Positions 44,960 through 56,196 of a stretch of 56,196 nt of DNA are shown here, piece by piece. Both the position numbers and the translations under genes were made by a program. The notes under the pieces are model-generated. The model ran no database searches. It saw only the letters and a list, made by a program, of their open reading frames with translations, and had not been told where the DNA came from. Each line of letters starts with the position of its first letter. Position 1 is the first letter of the stretch. The stretch is from Anaerolineae bacterium (lineage in GTDB: Bacteria > Chloroflexota > Anaerolineae > JAKLPW01), in the NCBI GenBank assembly GCA_022013675.1, contig JAKLPW010000276.1, positions 1 through 56,196 on the forward strand. The letters run 5' to 3'.

Positions 44960-47572
44960 GTGTCTGTAACTCCAATGCGGCGACAGTATCTTCAGATAAA
45001 GAAGGGACATCCAGATGCGATCCTGATGTTTCGATTGGGCGACTTTTATGAAGCCTTCGATGAGGACGCTGAGACCGTTGCGCGCGTGTGTAATATCGTA
45101 CTGACATCTCGTCCTATAGGGAAGGGGCAACGTGTTCCGTTGGCTGGAGTGCCGCACCATGCAATAGAGAACTACATTGCCAAGTTGATACAGGCGGGGC
45201 ATAAAGTAGCGATCTGTGACCAGGTAGGTGACGGGCCAGTGAAAGGCTTGATGCCGAGAGATGTCATTCGAGTTATCACGCCGGGAACGCTGATAGAGGT
45301 TGGCTTGTTGGACGAAAGGCGAAACAACTACCTGGTTGCTCTGGCTACGGACCCGGAGAACGCTGGGATCGCCTACGTGGATATCACAACAGGCGAATTC
45401 GCTGCTACGCAGATTTGTGGGCCTGACATTAGCTTGGCTGTGCAAGAAGAGCTAGAGAGGCTAAATCCGGCCGAATTGCTTCTGGCGGAAGAAGAGGGCG
45501 GATTCTCTTCGTTGAAGCATATACCTTATCCTATCACTTTCTATGATGCTTGGCGGTTTGAGTATGGCAATGCGCGCAACGCATTGCTGGAACACTTCGG
45601 AGTGGCGTTGCTGGCCGCGTATGGGTGTGAGGATTCTCCCCTGGCGATTCGAGCGGCGGGCGCGATTATCGAGTATTTGAGGAAGACTCAGAAATCTGCT
45701 CTGAGCCAACTGGTATCATTATCGACGTATTCCACGGCCAATTATATGAGTTTGGACGTGGCTACTCGGCGGAATCTGGAACTTCTTGAGACGATCGCAG
45801 ATCGCTCGGTAAAGGGGTCCTTGTTGGGCGTCTTGGACGCTACGATGACCCCCATGGGTGGGCGTTTGCTACGCAGATGGATCAGTCAGCCCTTGCTGGA
45901 AATCGAACCATTGAAGGAGCGGCTATCGGCCGTTAAACTCCTATACGACGACATATCTCGGCGAACAGAGTTGAGGAATGTCTTGAAGAAAGTGCGGGAC
46001 CTTGAAAGGGTGGCCAATCGTGTGCTGCAGCGCATAGTGCGACCGCGAGAGTTGCGGGCTCTACAGGTTGCTCTAGAAGCTGTCCCTCAGATATGTGAGG
46101 CAGTCGTTGCTCTGGGAGATAGTAACTCATCGCTAGATACGGCCTCTGAAACACGTGCGCGCCCTTATCCTCTTTCCAGTGATGCTTGGGATGTATGCCG
46201 GGAGGTCACCGATTTCATCGAGCGGACAATCGTACCGGAACCTGCCGCAAGAGCGACCGAAGGGGGAGTGATAGCACAGGGGTTCTCGCCTGAATTGGAT
46301 GAGATCGTCGCAGCAGCCCATGAAGCAAAGCAGTGGGTTGTCGACTTGGAGCAAAGAGAGCAGGAGCGAACCGGGATTAAATCGTTGAGAGTACGATACA
46401 ATAAGGTATTTGGGTATTACATCGAAGTAAGCAAGTCCAATCTTGGTCGTGTACCTGCGAACTACATTCGCAAGCAAACCCTGGTTAGCGCGGAGCGATA
46501 CATACTCCCTGAACTCAAGGAGAGGGAATCTCTCATACTAAGCGCTCAAGATCGGGCTGCTGAACTGGAGGGGCGTATCTACCAGGAGGTATGTGACGAA
46601 ATCGCACGTTATGCGGCGAGAATCCTGGACGATGCTCGTGCCATGGCTTACTTGGATGTGTATGCTTCACTGGCAGATGTGGCTCAGCGTAACAGGTACG
46701 TTTGTCCGGTCTTGACCCAGGAGAACAGCATTGACATCGTGGGGGGGCGACACCCGGTGGTGGAACTGATGCTGGATGATCCTTTTGTGCCCAATGACAC
46801 GCATCTTGATGATGATGAGTTGATCCTGATTATCACTGGACCTAATATGAGTGGCAAGTCCACATACCTGCGACAAGTGGCGCTGATCGCGCTCATGGCA
46901 CAGATAGGCTCCTTTGTGCCAGCGGAGCGCGCCACGATTGGTTTAGTGGATCGGATTTTCACCAGGGTGGGGGCACAGGATCAGATTGCAGCGGGGCAGA
47001 GTACATTCATGGTGGAGATGATAGAGACCGCGAACATACTGAATCATGCTACGTCTCGTAGTCTGTTGATTCTCGATGAGATTGGAAGGGGCACCAGTAC
47101 GTATGATGGAATCTCCATAGCCTGGGCGGTTGCGGAGTACATTCACAGTCACTCGACACTGCACGCGAAGACACTCTTTGCTACGCACTACCACGAGTTG
47201 ACGGAGTTGGAGAAGATCCTCCCAGGTGTACGTAACTATAACGTTGCCGTGGTGGAGGAGGGCGACCGAGTTGTGTTTCTGCATAAGATTATCCCCGGTG
47301 GCGCTGATCGCAGCTATGGTATCCACGTGGCCAGGCTGGCCGGCATACCTCCGACTGTCATCGTACGCGCTCAGGAGATGCTGGAGAAACTGGAGGGGGA
47401 CAACCATCGAGTCTCCCTTGAGCCGCGTGATGCAGAGAAGGGTCATCAGTTGAGCCTTTTCTCAACTGCAAGTCCAGTCTTGGAGGAACTGAAAGGTCTA
47501 GACGTGATGGCTATGTCGCCGCTCGATGCTCTAAACACCCTGTACGAGCTCCAACAGAAGGCCCAACGTTAG
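44960..47572 (+). CDS. mutS: DNA mismatch repair protein MutS
   Basis: Motifs TPMRRQY, FRLGDFYE, TGPNMSGKSTYLRQ, GQSTFMVEM, DEIGRGTST and SYGIHVA. GTG at 44960 follows GGAGG. Confidence 0.98.
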   Translation: MSVTPMRRQYLQIKKGHPDAILMFRLGDFYEAFDEDAETVARVCNIVLTSRPIGKGQRVPLAGVPHHAIENYIAKLIQAGHKVAICDQVGDGPVKGLMPRDVIRVITPGTLIEVGLLDERRNNYLVALATDPENAGIAYVDITTGEFAATQICGPDISLAVQEELERLNPAELLLAEEEGGFSSLKHIPYPITFYDAWRFEYGNARNALLEHFGVALLAAYGCEDSPLAIRAAGAIIEYLRKTQKSALSQLVSLSTYSTANYMSLDVATRRNLELLETIADRSVKGSLLGVLDATMTPMGGRLLRRWISQPLLEIEPLKERLSAVKLLYDDISRRTELRNVLKKVRDLERVANRVLQRIVRPRELRALQVALEAVPQICEAVVALGDSNSSLDTASETRARPYPLSSDAWDVCREVTDFIERTIVPEPAARATEGGVIAQGFSPELDEIVAAAHEAKQWVVDLEQREQERTGIKSLRVRYNKVFGYYIEVSKSNLGRVPANYIRKQTLVSAERYILPELKERESLILSAQDRAAELEGRIYQEVCDEIARYAARILDDARAMAYLDVYASLADVAQRNRYVCPVLTQENSIDIVGGRHPVVELMLDDPFVPNDTHLDDDELILIITGPNMSGKSTYLRQVALIALMAQIGSFVPAERATIGLVDRIFTRVGAQDQIAAGQSTFMVEMIETANILNHATSRSLLILDEIGRGTSTYDGISIAWAVAEYIHSHSTLHAKTLFATHYHELTELEKILPGVRNYNVAVVEEGDRVVFLHKIIPGGADRSYGIHVARLAGIPPTVIVRAQEMLEKLEGDNHRVSLEPRDAEKGHQLSLFSTASPVLEELKGLDVMAMSPLDALNTLYELQQKAQR

Positions 47573-47634
47573 CTAAGGCGAGAGTCGCTGACATGGGGTG
47601 CTATTTGAGGGCTTGCGCGGGTAGGTCTGTATGG

Positions 47635-47660
47635 GGTCGGGATGAGAAGCCCGACCTTTT
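47635..47660 (+). terminator. Intrinsic terminator after mutS
   Basis: ggtcggg-loop-cccgacc-tttt. Confidence 0.65.
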
Positions 47661-47676
47661 GTCATGAGGTGGAAAC

Positions 47677-50163
47677 ATGCGTTTCATGCGAACGCAATTG
47701 TCAAGGATCTCTTATGCTGGGGGATGGCAGCGGTGGTCCTGTATAGCCATAATCGTAGCTGGGATGCTCTTCTTCCTTACGCGGAGCTGGTCGCTTCGGG
47801 TTGAGGGCATTGCTCAGGATAGGCTGAACCGCGCCTTGCCTCCTCTGAAAACGAGCGGCCCGGTCTCTCAGAGTTTTATGGCGGCTAGGTCTAACCTTTG
47901 CGCCATTGAAGTGTTGCTGGTACGGTACGAGGGCCAGGCTCAAGATAGAGAACGGTACATGACGATGCGTCTCCGTGCTGGCTCGGGAGATGGCCCCATT
48001 GTGGCTGCCATATCGGTGGACATATCTCAGATGGAGCACAACGATCCCGTGCTCTTCTCCTTCACTCCACTGAAGGAGTCGAGGGGACACTCCTATTTCC
48101 TAGTTATTGAGAGCGGCGCAGGGAACGATGCTAGCCTGTGGTACGAGGAAGAGAATGCCTATGGGGACGGTGCGCTTTTCCTGGACGGTGAGGCTACTGA
48201 AGGAGATCTTCGATTCAAGACGTTCCATGAGTACACCCCAGGCATGGTGTGCGCTGACCTGCTGAATCTGGGCACTGCGTGGGGCTGGTTGCTTCTCCTT
48301 GCGATGGGAGTCCTGTTCTTGCCGAGTCTGTTGTTCGTTTCTCTGGAAGACTCATTAGTGAAGGGGGGGCTATTCTGTCTGTTGTCAGTTACTGCTTCTC
48401 TAAGCTTGGCGCTGGTGCCCTTGATCTTGCTCTGGGGCACAGTCCTGAACTTGCATCTCGCTGCTTGGATGCCGCCTATCCTGGGTCTGTTAGCTGTTCT
48501 GGGGATTATTTACCGACTTCGTCAGAAGGGATTCGTTGGGCTCAGAAGGCGAGGTTTGTCGCGAGAGTTGGCAATCCATCTCAGTAGTGCGGCCCTTCTG
48601 GGACTCCTGGTGGCCTTGCGGTTCTTGCAGATACGTGATGTCAATTTACCGCTTTGGGTGGACTCCGTGCATCACACGATGATAACCCAGCTAATTAGGG
48701 ATATTGGCCGGCTACCGCAAACATATCGACCCTTCATGCCCGTGGATAACTTCATTTACCATTTTGGGTTTCATAGTGTGGCGGCTACGATTGGGTGGCT
48801 TACTGGGGCAGCGAGCCAGGAAATCGTTCTTGTTCTGGGGCAAGTCCTGAATGTCTTGTGTGCTACGTCCGCCTACTTGCTGGCGACGCGGGTGTGTCGT
48901 AGTCGTTGGGCAGGAGTATTCACCTTCGTTCTTGTGGCGTTCATCTCCGCCATGCCCGCTTACTACGTTAGTTGGGGAAGGTACACGCAACTGACTGGCA
49001 TGGTAATCCTGCCGGTAGCCATGATAGCTTTCATGCGAGTTCCTGAGAGTAGGGAGCATTGCTGGCGTGATGTGATTTTGGCAGCTCTCTTGGCGGCCGG
49101 ATTGTTCTTGATCCACTACCGGGTGACTATCTTCTACGCGAGTTTCTGCCTGGTGTATACTGCAATCTGGGCCTGGGGCAAGCGTTCAAATTCAGAATGG
49201 CTGGTTCGTGGTTTGAAGAGCATCCTCGCAACGTTGGGTTGTGCCACCGTGTTTGTGAGCCCTTGGGTTTACCGACTGGGTGTAGGGTTTATCTTTCCAT
49301 GGGGTACCTTCACGTCCAGATTAGCGGGGGAAGCGGGATACAGCGACATGCCGTGGGGTCTCTTATGGTCGGGTAACAACCGTCTTTTGCTGTTGATGGC
49401 TGCCGGGGGGCTGCTGTTGGCTATCTGGCAGAAGAAGCGTGACCTGATCGTTATGGGGCTTTGGGTATTGATCACATTCGTGCTTCTGAATCCTACTCTC
49501 TGGGGCGGCACATCGACCTGGTTGGTGACGAACGCTTCGCTGGTGATTTCTCTTTATCTGCCGGTGGGGGCGCTGGCGGGCTATTTCCTGGCATCTGTTG
49601 TAGAGAAGGTCTCCGACAGGGTGCCGTTGGGGTGGAAAACGGTATGGAGATGTACCCTGGCCTGTGTTCTGGCGCTGGTGTCGGTATGGGGCGCATGGAG
49701 TTCAGTCAACGTGGTCAATCCAGTGACTGTCTTAGTGAACGACGCCGACATGATAGCTTACGACTGGATCAAGGCAGAGATCCCGGAGGACGCTGTCTTT
49801 CTGGTGAATGCTCGGCCGTGGCAACTGGGCATGTACATGGGTACGGACGGCGGATGGTGGATCCCCTTGCTTACCGGACGAGATACCACGATGCCGCCTG
49901 TGCTGTACACAATGGGTTCGCCCGACTATGTAGAGCACGTGAGTCGTATCGCCGATCTCACCCAACGGGTAGCACTGGATGATGCGACTATGTTGGACTT
50001 GTTGCGTCAAGCGGGAGTGACACATGTATACATTGGTGCAAAGGGAGGTCCCATTACCCCGAGTAGCCTGCTCTTTAGTCCGCACTACCGCAGGGTGTAT
50101 AGCTCGGGTGAGGTGTGGATCTTCAAGTTCATGGGGTGCAGATTTATGCCCAGGACAGTTTGA
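47677..50163 (+). CDS. Large polytopic membrane protein, GT-C/DUF6541-like, with an N-terminal extracytoplasmic domain
   Basis: More than 10 hydrophobic segments; loop motifs [15 protein letters not shown] and [11 protein letters not shown]; C-terminal soluble domain [10 protein letters not shown]...GVTHVYIG. Confidence 0.6.
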   Translation: MRFMRTQLSRISYAGGWQRWSCIAIIVAGMLFFLTRSWSLRVEGIAQDRLNRALPPLKTSGPVSQSFMAARSNLCAIEVLLVRYEGQAQDRERYMTMRLRAGSGDGPIVAAISVDISQMEHNDPVLFSFTPLKESRGHSYFLVIESGAGNDASLWYEEENAYGDGALFLDGEATEGDLRFKTFHEYTPGMVCADLLNLGTAWGWLLLLAMGVLFLPSLLFVSLEDSLVKGGLFCLLSVTASLSLALVPLILLWGTVLNLHLAAWMPPILGLLAVLGIIYRLRQKGFVGLRRRGLSRELAIHLSSAALLGLLVALRFLQIRDVNLPLWVDSVHHTMITQLIRDIGRLPQTYRPFMPVDNFIYHFGFHSVAATIGWLTGAASQEIVLVLGQVLNVLCATSAYLLATRVCRSRWAGVFTFVLVAFISAMPAYYVSWGRYTQLTGMVILPVAMIAFMRVPESREHCWRDVILAALLAAGLFLIHYRVTIFYASFCLVYTAIWAWGKRSNSEWLVRGLKSILATLGCATVFVSPWVYRLGVGFIFPWGTFTSRLAGEAGYSDMPWGLLWSGNNRLLLLMAAGGLLLAIWQKKRDLIVMGLWVLITFVLLNPTLWGGTSTWLVTNASLVISLYLPVGALAGYFLASVVEKVSDRVPLGWKTVWRCTLACVLALVSVWGAWSSVNVVNPVTVLVNDADMIAYDWIKAEIPEDAVFLVNARPWQLGMYMGTDGGWWIPLLTGRDTTMPPVLYTMGSPDYVEHVSRIADLTQRVALDDATMLDLLRQAGVTHVYIGAKGGPITPSSLLFSPHYRRVYSSGEVWIFKFMGCRFMPRTV

Positions 50164-50222
50164 CCGGAGGATGCGTCTCTGCTATCATCTTGATGGGCTT
50201 ACTTCGATTGAGAGAATACTGC

Positions 50223-51701
50223 ATGTCGCAAGAAGTGATCGTCATAGGGGGAGGGCTGGCTGGTTCTGAGGCTGCCTGGCAGGCGGCACAGTCTGGCGTG
50301 TCCGTAACTCTGTATGAAATGCGTCCCGTGGAAATGACGCCAGCTCACCAGACTGACCATCTGGCCGAGCTGGTTTGCAGCAATTCATTGGGATCCAATT
50401 TGCTAGACAGAGCTGCTGGTTTGCTCAAGCAGGAGTTGCGCAAGCTAGGGTCGATTATCTTGAGGTGTGCGGATGAAACCGCTGTACCAGCAGGGGGAGC
50501 GCTGGCCGTGGGTAGGGAGGCTTTCTCAAGCCTGGTTACAGAACGCATTGGATCTCATCCGCTAATACGCATAATTCGAGAGGAGGCGCGGGAGATACCA
50601 GCGGATGTGCCCACTGTCATTGCTACTGGCCCTCTGACGTCGCCTGCGATGGCCGAATGTCTCCAAGATCTCACGGGCCAGGAACATCTCTACTTCTACG
50701 ATGCCATGGCGCCCATCGTAGCATTGGAATCAATCGACAGAAGCAAAGTTTTCAGAGCATCGCGCTATGGGCGTGGTGATGATGACTACATCAATTGCCC
50801 GATGACAAGAGGGGAATACGAGCGTTTCGTAGACGATCTGCTGCGCGCGGAGACGATCAGACTTCGCAGTTTTGAAGAGGAGGATGAAAAGTTCTTCGAG
50901 GCTTGTTTGCCGGTAGAGGTCATTGCGCGTCGGGGACGGGATGCCCTGGCTTTTGGCCCGTTGAGGCCGGTGGGCCTTGTAGATCCGCGTACAGGGAAGC
51001 GACCACATGCGGTTGTGCAATTGCGTCAGGATGATATGGCCGGAACACTGTACAACATGGTCGGGTTTCAGACCAATCTGAAGTGGTCTGAGCAAAAACG
51101 GGTTTTTTCTTTGATCCCTGGGTTAGAAGGTGCCGAGTTTGTACGATATGGACAGATGCATCGAAACACGTTCATAAATGGCCCTGCCTTGCTGGAGGCT
51201 ACTATGCAGTGCCGTAGCGCGAAGCACCTATTCTTAGGGGGGCAGATTACCGGCACAGAAGGGTACATAGGTTCTACGGCGAGTGGTTTGCTGGCGGGGC
51301 TCAATGTGGCTCGATATGCAGCGGGTGCCTCTTTGATCGTTTTGCCTCACACGACAATGATTGGGGCTTTGTGCTGCTATGTGTCGAGTGCGAGAATGAA
51401 GACTTTCCAGCCCATGAAAGGCAACTTCGGTATCCTACCGCCCCTTGGAAGGAAGATACGCCGGAAGTCGGAGAGGAATACTGCTTACGCCGAACGTGCT
51501 CTCATTGATTTGGGCGAGATGATAAGAGAATGCGATTTGGACGTAGATATGTGTCGGCAAGACATGTTTCTGGCCGTTGCTTCTTCTCTTGATCGGATAC
51601 CTGGTCAGCTACAGGCGCCACGAGGGTCCAATTCTGGGGAAAGTGAGGGGCAAACTGAGGGGAAGTCGGGTGTTTCGTCAAGAGCAGTTGATTTCGCGTA
51701 G
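50223..51701 (+). CDS. trmFO: Folate-dependent tRNA (uracil-54) methyltransferase
   Basis: Motifs [40 protein letters not shown] and GQITGTEGY. Confidence 0.95.
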   Translation: MSQEVIVIGGGLAGSEAAWQAAQSGVSVTLYEMRPVEMTPAHQTDHLAELVCSNSLGSNLLDRAAGLLKQELRKLGSIILRCADETAVPAGGALAVGREAFSSLVTERIGSHPLIRIIREEAREIPADVPTVIATGPLTSPAMAECLQDLTGQEHLYFYDAMAPIVALESIDRSKVFRASRYGRGDDDYINCPMTRGEYERFVDDLLRAETIRLRSFEEEDEKFFEACLPVEVIARRGRDALAFGPLRPVGLVDPRTGKRPHAVVQLRQDDMAGTLYNMVGFQTNLKWSEQKRVFSLIPGLEGAEFVRYGQMHRNTFINGPALLEATMQCRSAKHLFLGGQITGTEGYIGSTASGLLAGLNVARYAAGASLIVLPHTTMIGALCCYVSSARMKTFQPMKGNFGILPPLGRKIRRKSERNTAYAERALIDLGEMIRECDLDVDMCRQDMFLAVASSLDRIPGQLQAPRGSNSGESEGQTEGKSGVSSRAVDFA

Positions 51702-51756
51702 TCATCCAATGCAGCCACATATATAGAAATAATATGCTTGCAAGGGGATTGAGGCT

Positions 51757-52644
51757 ATGCGAAATGCAGTGATCATCAGTAGGCTACTCATTGTACTTGT
51801 CTTAATGACGTGCTTCATACCAATGGGGTGTTCGTCTGGGGAAACAGACCAGTTCAGCGGGAAGAGAGCGTTCAAGCATGTGCAGGCGCAGTGTAAGATC
51901 GGACCAAGGCCACCAGGTTCTGAAGCACTGCGGGAAACTGGGGACTACATCATTCGGCATCTGCGTGATTTGGGCTGGGAAGTGAGAACGCAGGAGTTTA
52001 TCAAGGAAGGCGTTGATCTACGCAATATCATCGCGATCAGAGGGGAGGGGCCAGTGGTTATCTTGGGAGCCCACTACGACACTCGTCCCATTGCTGATCG
52101 AGAACCCAGTGATCGCAAACCCCCTGTCATGGGGGCAAATGACGGGGCGAGTGGGGTTGCGGTTCTGCTAGAGATTGCCAGAGTCTTGAACGTTGAGGCA
52201 GTTGAGCATCAGGTCTGGCTTGTTTTCTTCGACGCAGAGGACAGCGGCAATATCGGTGAGTGGGGCTGGTCCGTTGGTGCCTGGTATTTGGCCAACTCAT
52301 TGACCATCAGACCTGCCTACGTAGTCATCGTTGATATGGTAGGCGACATCGATCAGCAGATCTATTGGGAATGGTCTTCAACCCGCTGGCTGCAAGAAAA
52401 GGTGTGGGGGATAGCTGACGAGTTAGGCTACAGCTCTGTTTTCATCCCAAGGTACAAACACAGTGTTATCGACGATCACACGCCTTTCCTGTACTACGAC
52501 ATCCCTGCTATAGTCATCATTGATTTTGACTACCCATATTGGCATACCAGCCATGACACAGAGGATAAGGTCTGTTCTGAAAGCCTGGAAAGAGTGGGGA
52601 GAGTCTTGGAGATGCTCCTGGAGGCGGGGGCAGATGAGTATTAG
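51757..52644 (+). CDS. M28-family peptidase (glutaminyl cyclase-like), probable lipoprotein
   Basis: Signal peptide ending MGC; motifs GAHYDTR, GANDGASGV, FFDAED, DMVG, DDHTPF and WHT. Confidence 0.88.
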   Translation: MRNAVIISRLLIVLVLMTCFIPMGCSSGETDQFSGKRAFKHVQAQCKIGPRPPGSEALRETGDYIIRHLRDLGWEVRTQEFIKEGVDLRNIIAIRGEGPVVILGAHYDTRPIADREPSDRKPPVMGANDGASGVAVLLEIARVLNVEAVEHQVWLVFFDAEDSGNIGEWGWSVGAWYLANSLTIRPAYVVIVDMVGDIDQQIYWEWSSTRWLQEKVWGIADELGYSSVFIPRYKHSVIDDHTPFLYYDIPAIVIIDFDYPYWHTSHDTEDKVCSESLERVGRVLEMLLEAGADEY

Positions 52645-52659
52645 TGAGGAGAAAATAGT

Positions 52660-53940
52660 TTGAAGCAAAACACCCGCGCTACTGGTTCGCCCGTCCAGCG
52701 CGCATTCTTAGTGGCTGCGCAAACGCGCAGCCAGCCATCGCAGTGGTTAATGGAAGACTCGCTCAAAGAGCTAGAGCAACTCGCGCACACTGCGGGTCTG
52801 GAAGTGGTGGGTCAGGCCCAACAACATATGCGTAGCATCAATCCGGCCTCCTACATAGGTAAAGGCAAAGTTGAGGAGCTGGGCCTTCTAAAGAGAGAAC
52901 TGGACTACGATGTAGTCGTTTTTGATGACGAACTCTCCCCGGGGCAACTGCGGAACCTGGAAGACACTCTGGAGGTCGTGGTACTCGACCGCACGGCTCT
53001 GATCCTGGATATCTTCGCCAAGCACGCTCGTACCAAGGAAGGTGCCTTGCAGGTTGCATTGGCGCAGTATGAGTATCGCTTGCCGAGGTTAACCAAACAA
53101 TGGAGCCACCTCTCTAGACAGGGAGTGGGCGGAGTGGGTCTTCGCGGGCCCGGCGAGACACAGTTGGAGACCGATCGCCGTGACATCGGTCGGAGGATCT
53201 CGCAACTCAAGTCAGAGCTGGAGCAGGTCAGGATACACCGCAGCCTCTATCGAAATCGTCGCAAGAGAGCTGGTATCCCTGTTGTTGCGATAGTGGGATA
53301 CACAAATGCAGGGAAGTCTACCTTACTGAACCAGCTTTCCGGGGCGAATGTGTTGGTAGAGGACAAACTGTTTGCAACTTTGGATCCAACGACGAGACGC
53401 ATTGCTCTGCCCAGTGGAAGGGAAGTGCTGATCACCGATACCGTAGGCTTCATACAGAAGCTCCCGACGCAACTGGTAGCTGCTTTCCGCGCCACTCTTG
53501 AGGAGGTGACTGAAGCGGAGCTGCTGTTGCATATAGTTGACATAACGCACCCCAATGTGCAACAGCAGATGAGCACGGTTGAGCAACTACTGACCGATCT
53601 AGGTGCTAGTGACAAAGCGATGATTGTGGCCCTCAACAAGATCGACAAGCTGCCCGATCCTGATCTGGCCCAGGAAGTGACACAGAGCTACCCTCACAGC
53701 GTTGCCATCTCCGCACTGCGTGGTATGGGGACAGAAGAACTGTTAGAGGGAATTGAGCAAGCGTTGATCAAGCAGATGGCCCAGATCACGGCACTGATTC
53801 CGTATGGTTCTGGGGAGCTTGTCTCTCTTTTCCACAGACAGGGAGTAGTGGAGAGTGAGAAGTATCAAGAAGGTGGGACTCTAGTAACGGGAATGATACC
53901 CGTTTGGCATGTGGCAGCATTCGATCGCTATCTGCAGTAG
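52660..53940 (+). CDS. hflX: GTPase HflX
   Basis: Motifs LILDIFA, RGPGETQLE.DRR, GYTNAGKS, LFATLD, DTVGF and NKID. Confidence 0.97.
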   Translation: MKQNTRATGSPVQRAFLVAAQTRSQPSQWLMEDSLKELEQLAHTAGLEVVGQAQQHMRSINPASYIGKGKVEELGLLKRELDYDVVVFDDELSPGQLRNLEDTLEVVVLDRTALILDIFAKHARTKEGALQVALAQYEYRLPRLTKQWSHLSRQGVGGVGLRGPGETQLETDRRDIGRRISQLKSELEQVRIHRSLYRNRRKRAGIPVVAIVGYTNAGKSTLLNQLSGANVLVEDKLFATLDPTTRRIALPSGREVLITDTVGFIQKLPTQLVAAFRATLEEVTEAELLLHIVDITHPNVQQQMSTVEQLLTDLGASDKAMIVALNKIDKLPDPDLAQEVTQSYPHSVAISALRGMGTEELLEGIEQALIKQMAQITALIPYGSGELVSLFHRQGVVESEKYQEGGTLVTGMIPVWHVAAFDRYLQ

Positions 53941-53958
53941 GTTCCATACATCTGTCAA

Positions 53959-56196
53959 CTATGGGACTACCTTCACTGGAATCCGGGTTTCTGACTCTTC
54001 TACGGTCACCGTGACGAAGAGATCATTCGGCTGAGGCAGAGTCGATTCATGTAGACTGACTCCAATGCGAATCTGTTTGCCTGGCTTCACGGTACAGGCG
54101 TTGCGCTGGAGAGTCAGTTCCGAACTACTTGATCTGAGTTGAGCACGCGCCACCGCCTGACCCTCATTCCTCAAGGTCAACTGACCTACGGCATCTTCTG
54201 TTTCGTTTGTCCGTGTCAGTAACAGAGGAGATGGACGGATCTCCAACCGGGGCTCAAGCACAATACCAAAGCAGAGGTCCATCACAGCCTGACCGCCATT
54301 AGTATCAACAACAATAGCATCCTTCTCCGAGACAGATCCCTTGGGCAACCCTTTGGGCCATGCTTTCACTCTAACAGATTGGGACCTTCCCGTGGGGCAA
54401 TCGAACGAGGAAGGCTCAATGGCGAGCCACTCTACCCTTGACTGTATTTGTCCAGATAGAGTGCCCAGCCCGTGGTTGAAGATAGTAAAAGAGCCTTCGA
54501 TCTCAGCATGATTGATACTCGTACCCAAGTCAAGCACGGAAACGTCCAGAGCAAGTCGCGGAGAGGCAATCGTGATCGCGATCGGAACGTCTTCGCGCCC
54601 TCCGTTGCTCGCTATGTGTAGCGAGCCCTCAGCCATTTCCGTCTCGCTTGGTAAAGCTAGTGTGTAAGCAGTAAGTCTCACCTCACTAGTTTTCCCGGTT
54701 TCACTTAGGCCTTCTGTGGGCTCAATCTCGACCCAAAGGCTGTCAGTCTTGATGTCCCAACTCAGGATACCGGTACCTTCGTTCCGTATCAGAAGGGATC
54801 TGCTGACCGGCTCAGGCATACCAACGATACCAAAGTCCAGGACGGAGGGGGTGAGCGCCAGGAGGGGCTTCAGAATGTCCAGTCTAGTGCCTATATCCGC
54901 TGTACCGTCGTTAGATGCAATGCGGACCGCTTCCGGTAGAGTCAAGCTCAAGCCACGAGAAAAAGCAGCAGTATCTGCCGTGACAGTCAACTGCACAGAT
55001 TGTCCTGGGGCACACACGAAGTACTCCGGTGAGATCGTCAACCACTCCAGCAGACTCTCAGCGTGGGCTTCTAGAGGTGCTGACCCCACATTCGAGATGG
55101 GCAAGAGAAGTTGAGAAACTTGGCCTAGAGGGACATCTTGGAAGTGCAATGACTCCTTGGATACTGATAACTGGGGAGCAAGGATCTCCGTTTGCGCAGA
55201 TACCATCCGTTCCCCAGCGTTGGTCTCGATCGACAGGGCTGTCAATTCGCGTATGGTTCCTTGACTCAGTTCGGTCGTGTCGATCACGATTGTATGCGAG
55301 ACATGCTCGCCAGGGTTGCAGAGTATCGTATCGGGCTCAACACACAGCCAGGGAATCTGAGTACGGACAACTCCTCGCAGTATACCGTCGCCTACGTTAC
55401 TGAGATTGATGGTTTTTTCTGCGGCCTGGCCTCGTAGGAGGGGACCGAAGTCTACGTGAGTGGTTTCCAGCTTGAGGGATGGCTGCACACGCCGGACGCG
55501 CACTTCGATGCGCTCTTGTCCGACATCGCTGTCCAAGAGCAAGGCCCTGGGCTCGACTAGTTTGCCTTTGGGCAATTTCCCAGTCAGCAGCGCAAGACTG
55601 AGCTGCAATGTTTGATGAGGTGGACAGCGGAATGCTTCCTTCGATACTCTGAGCCAGGAGACGCGGCTACGCAGAGTTCCTTTCAACAAACTATCGCCGT
55701 CGTTGAATATGGTAACCTGGCGAAGGAGTTCTCCGTCTCCCTGGACACGACCGAAGTCCAACACCTTCTCTTTCACCCTCAGAGTAGGGCCTTGTACCAC
55801 TGCTGCGCGGGCACCTATCCATTGCCGCCGACCGGAGTTGGTCTCCACGGAAAGAGCCTGAGGCTCATTAGTTGTCTCGGGGGGAAGGCTCTTTGCCAGC
55901 ACGCTGACTACAAGTTTGGAAGCCTGCTGAGGCTTACAGCGGAAAGTGCCTTTGGACACAGTTATCCAAGGCACGTGGCTCATGAGGCGTCCAACTAGCT
56001 GTCTTTTTCCCGTGTTACGTACTGTTACCACTACCTTTCGAAGTTCATGCGGGTCCATTTCGCCCAGGTCAAGGTAACGCGGACTGACTCGCAACTGAGG
56101 TGGTTCGGCGTGGCGTGAAACGACCCGGGTTGGAGCTTCCTCTCTGGGTTCGTGGCTGCGTGGTTTTTCTGCACGCTGCAATTTCTGGACCGGGAC
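53959..56196 (-). CDS. C-terminal part of a protein with 7 tandem Ig-like (BACON/ASH-like) repeats; 5' end probably outside the window
   Basis: About 102-aa repeats of the form P.L.V....LDFG...I.N.G...L.G...S...WL.V....F.C.PG...L.I.[ST]N.G. The frame is open to the window end. Confidence 0.75.
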   Translation of the reverse strand, partial: VPVQKLQRAEKPRSHEPREEAPTRVVSRHAEPPQLRVSPRYLDLGEMDPHELRKVVVTVRNTGKRQLVGRLMSHVPWITVSKGTFRCKPQQASKLVVSVLAKSLPPETTNEPQALSVETNSGRRQWIGARAAVVQGPTLRVKEKVLDFGRVQGDGELLRQVTIFNDGDSLLKGTLRSRVSWLRVSKEAFRCPPHQTLQLSLALLTGKLPKGKLVEPRALLLDSDVGQERIEVRVRRVQPSLKLETTHVDFGPLLRGQAAEKTINLSNVGDGILRGVVRTQIPWLCVEPDTILCNPGEHVSHTIVIDTTELSQGTIRELTALSIETNAGERMVSAQTEILAPQLSVSKESLHFQDVPLGQVSQLLLPISNVGSAPLEAHAESLLEWLTISPEYFVCAPGQSVQLTVTADTAAFSRGLSLTLPEAVRIASNDGTADIGTRLDILKPLLALTPSVLDFGIVGMPEPVSRSLLIRNEGTGILSWDIKTDSLWVEIEPTEGLSETGKTSEVRLTAYTLALPSETEMAEGSLHIASNGGREDVPIAITIASPRLALDVSVLDLGTSINHAEIEGSFTIFNHGLGTLSGQIQSRVEWLAIEPSSFDCPTGRSQSVRVKAWPKGLPKGSVSEKDAIVVDTNGGQAVMDLCFGIVLEPRLEIRPSPLLLTRTNETEDAVGQLTLRNEGQAVARAQLRSSSSELTLQRNACTVKPGKQIRIGVSLHESTLPQPNDLFVTVTVEESETRIPVKVVP

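Overview
Mostly core chromosome of a bacterium that looks like Chloroflexota, probably Anaerolineae. This is inferred from gene content and from a Pro/Thr linker ending in an LPxx-basic tail. Housekeeping genes include nadE, cinA, manC, dprA, rimM-khpA-rpsP-ffh, an AlaX-type editing protein, pdxST, tmk-darA, gmk, priA, rluB-cmk-plsC, glmS, scpA, aspS with a 6S RNA, mutS, trmFO and hflX. The best candidate for an undescribed system is at 25953-30975. One ORF fuses a SARP/BTAD activator and a STAND ATPase to a complete OppB-like ABC permease domain that has lost its EAA coupling loop. It lies directly upstream of oppBC. The oppB promoter carries two TTGATAG heptamers 4 nt apart, ending 8 nt before TATAAT, which is the classic SARP operator geometry. 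Together these suggest a transporter-derived, membrane-anchored one-component sensor. Other points of interest are a ~1 kb integrase-less island with a hicBA pair between tRNA-Pro(CGG) and a degenerate partial copy of it, three coding fragments missing from the ORF track (a Pro/Thr tail, a HAD C-terminus and a 31-aa sORF), a PriA with AEEH in place of DEEH, and a partial 7-repeat Ig/BACON-like protein at the right edge. All calls come from reading motifs by eye; no database searches were run.
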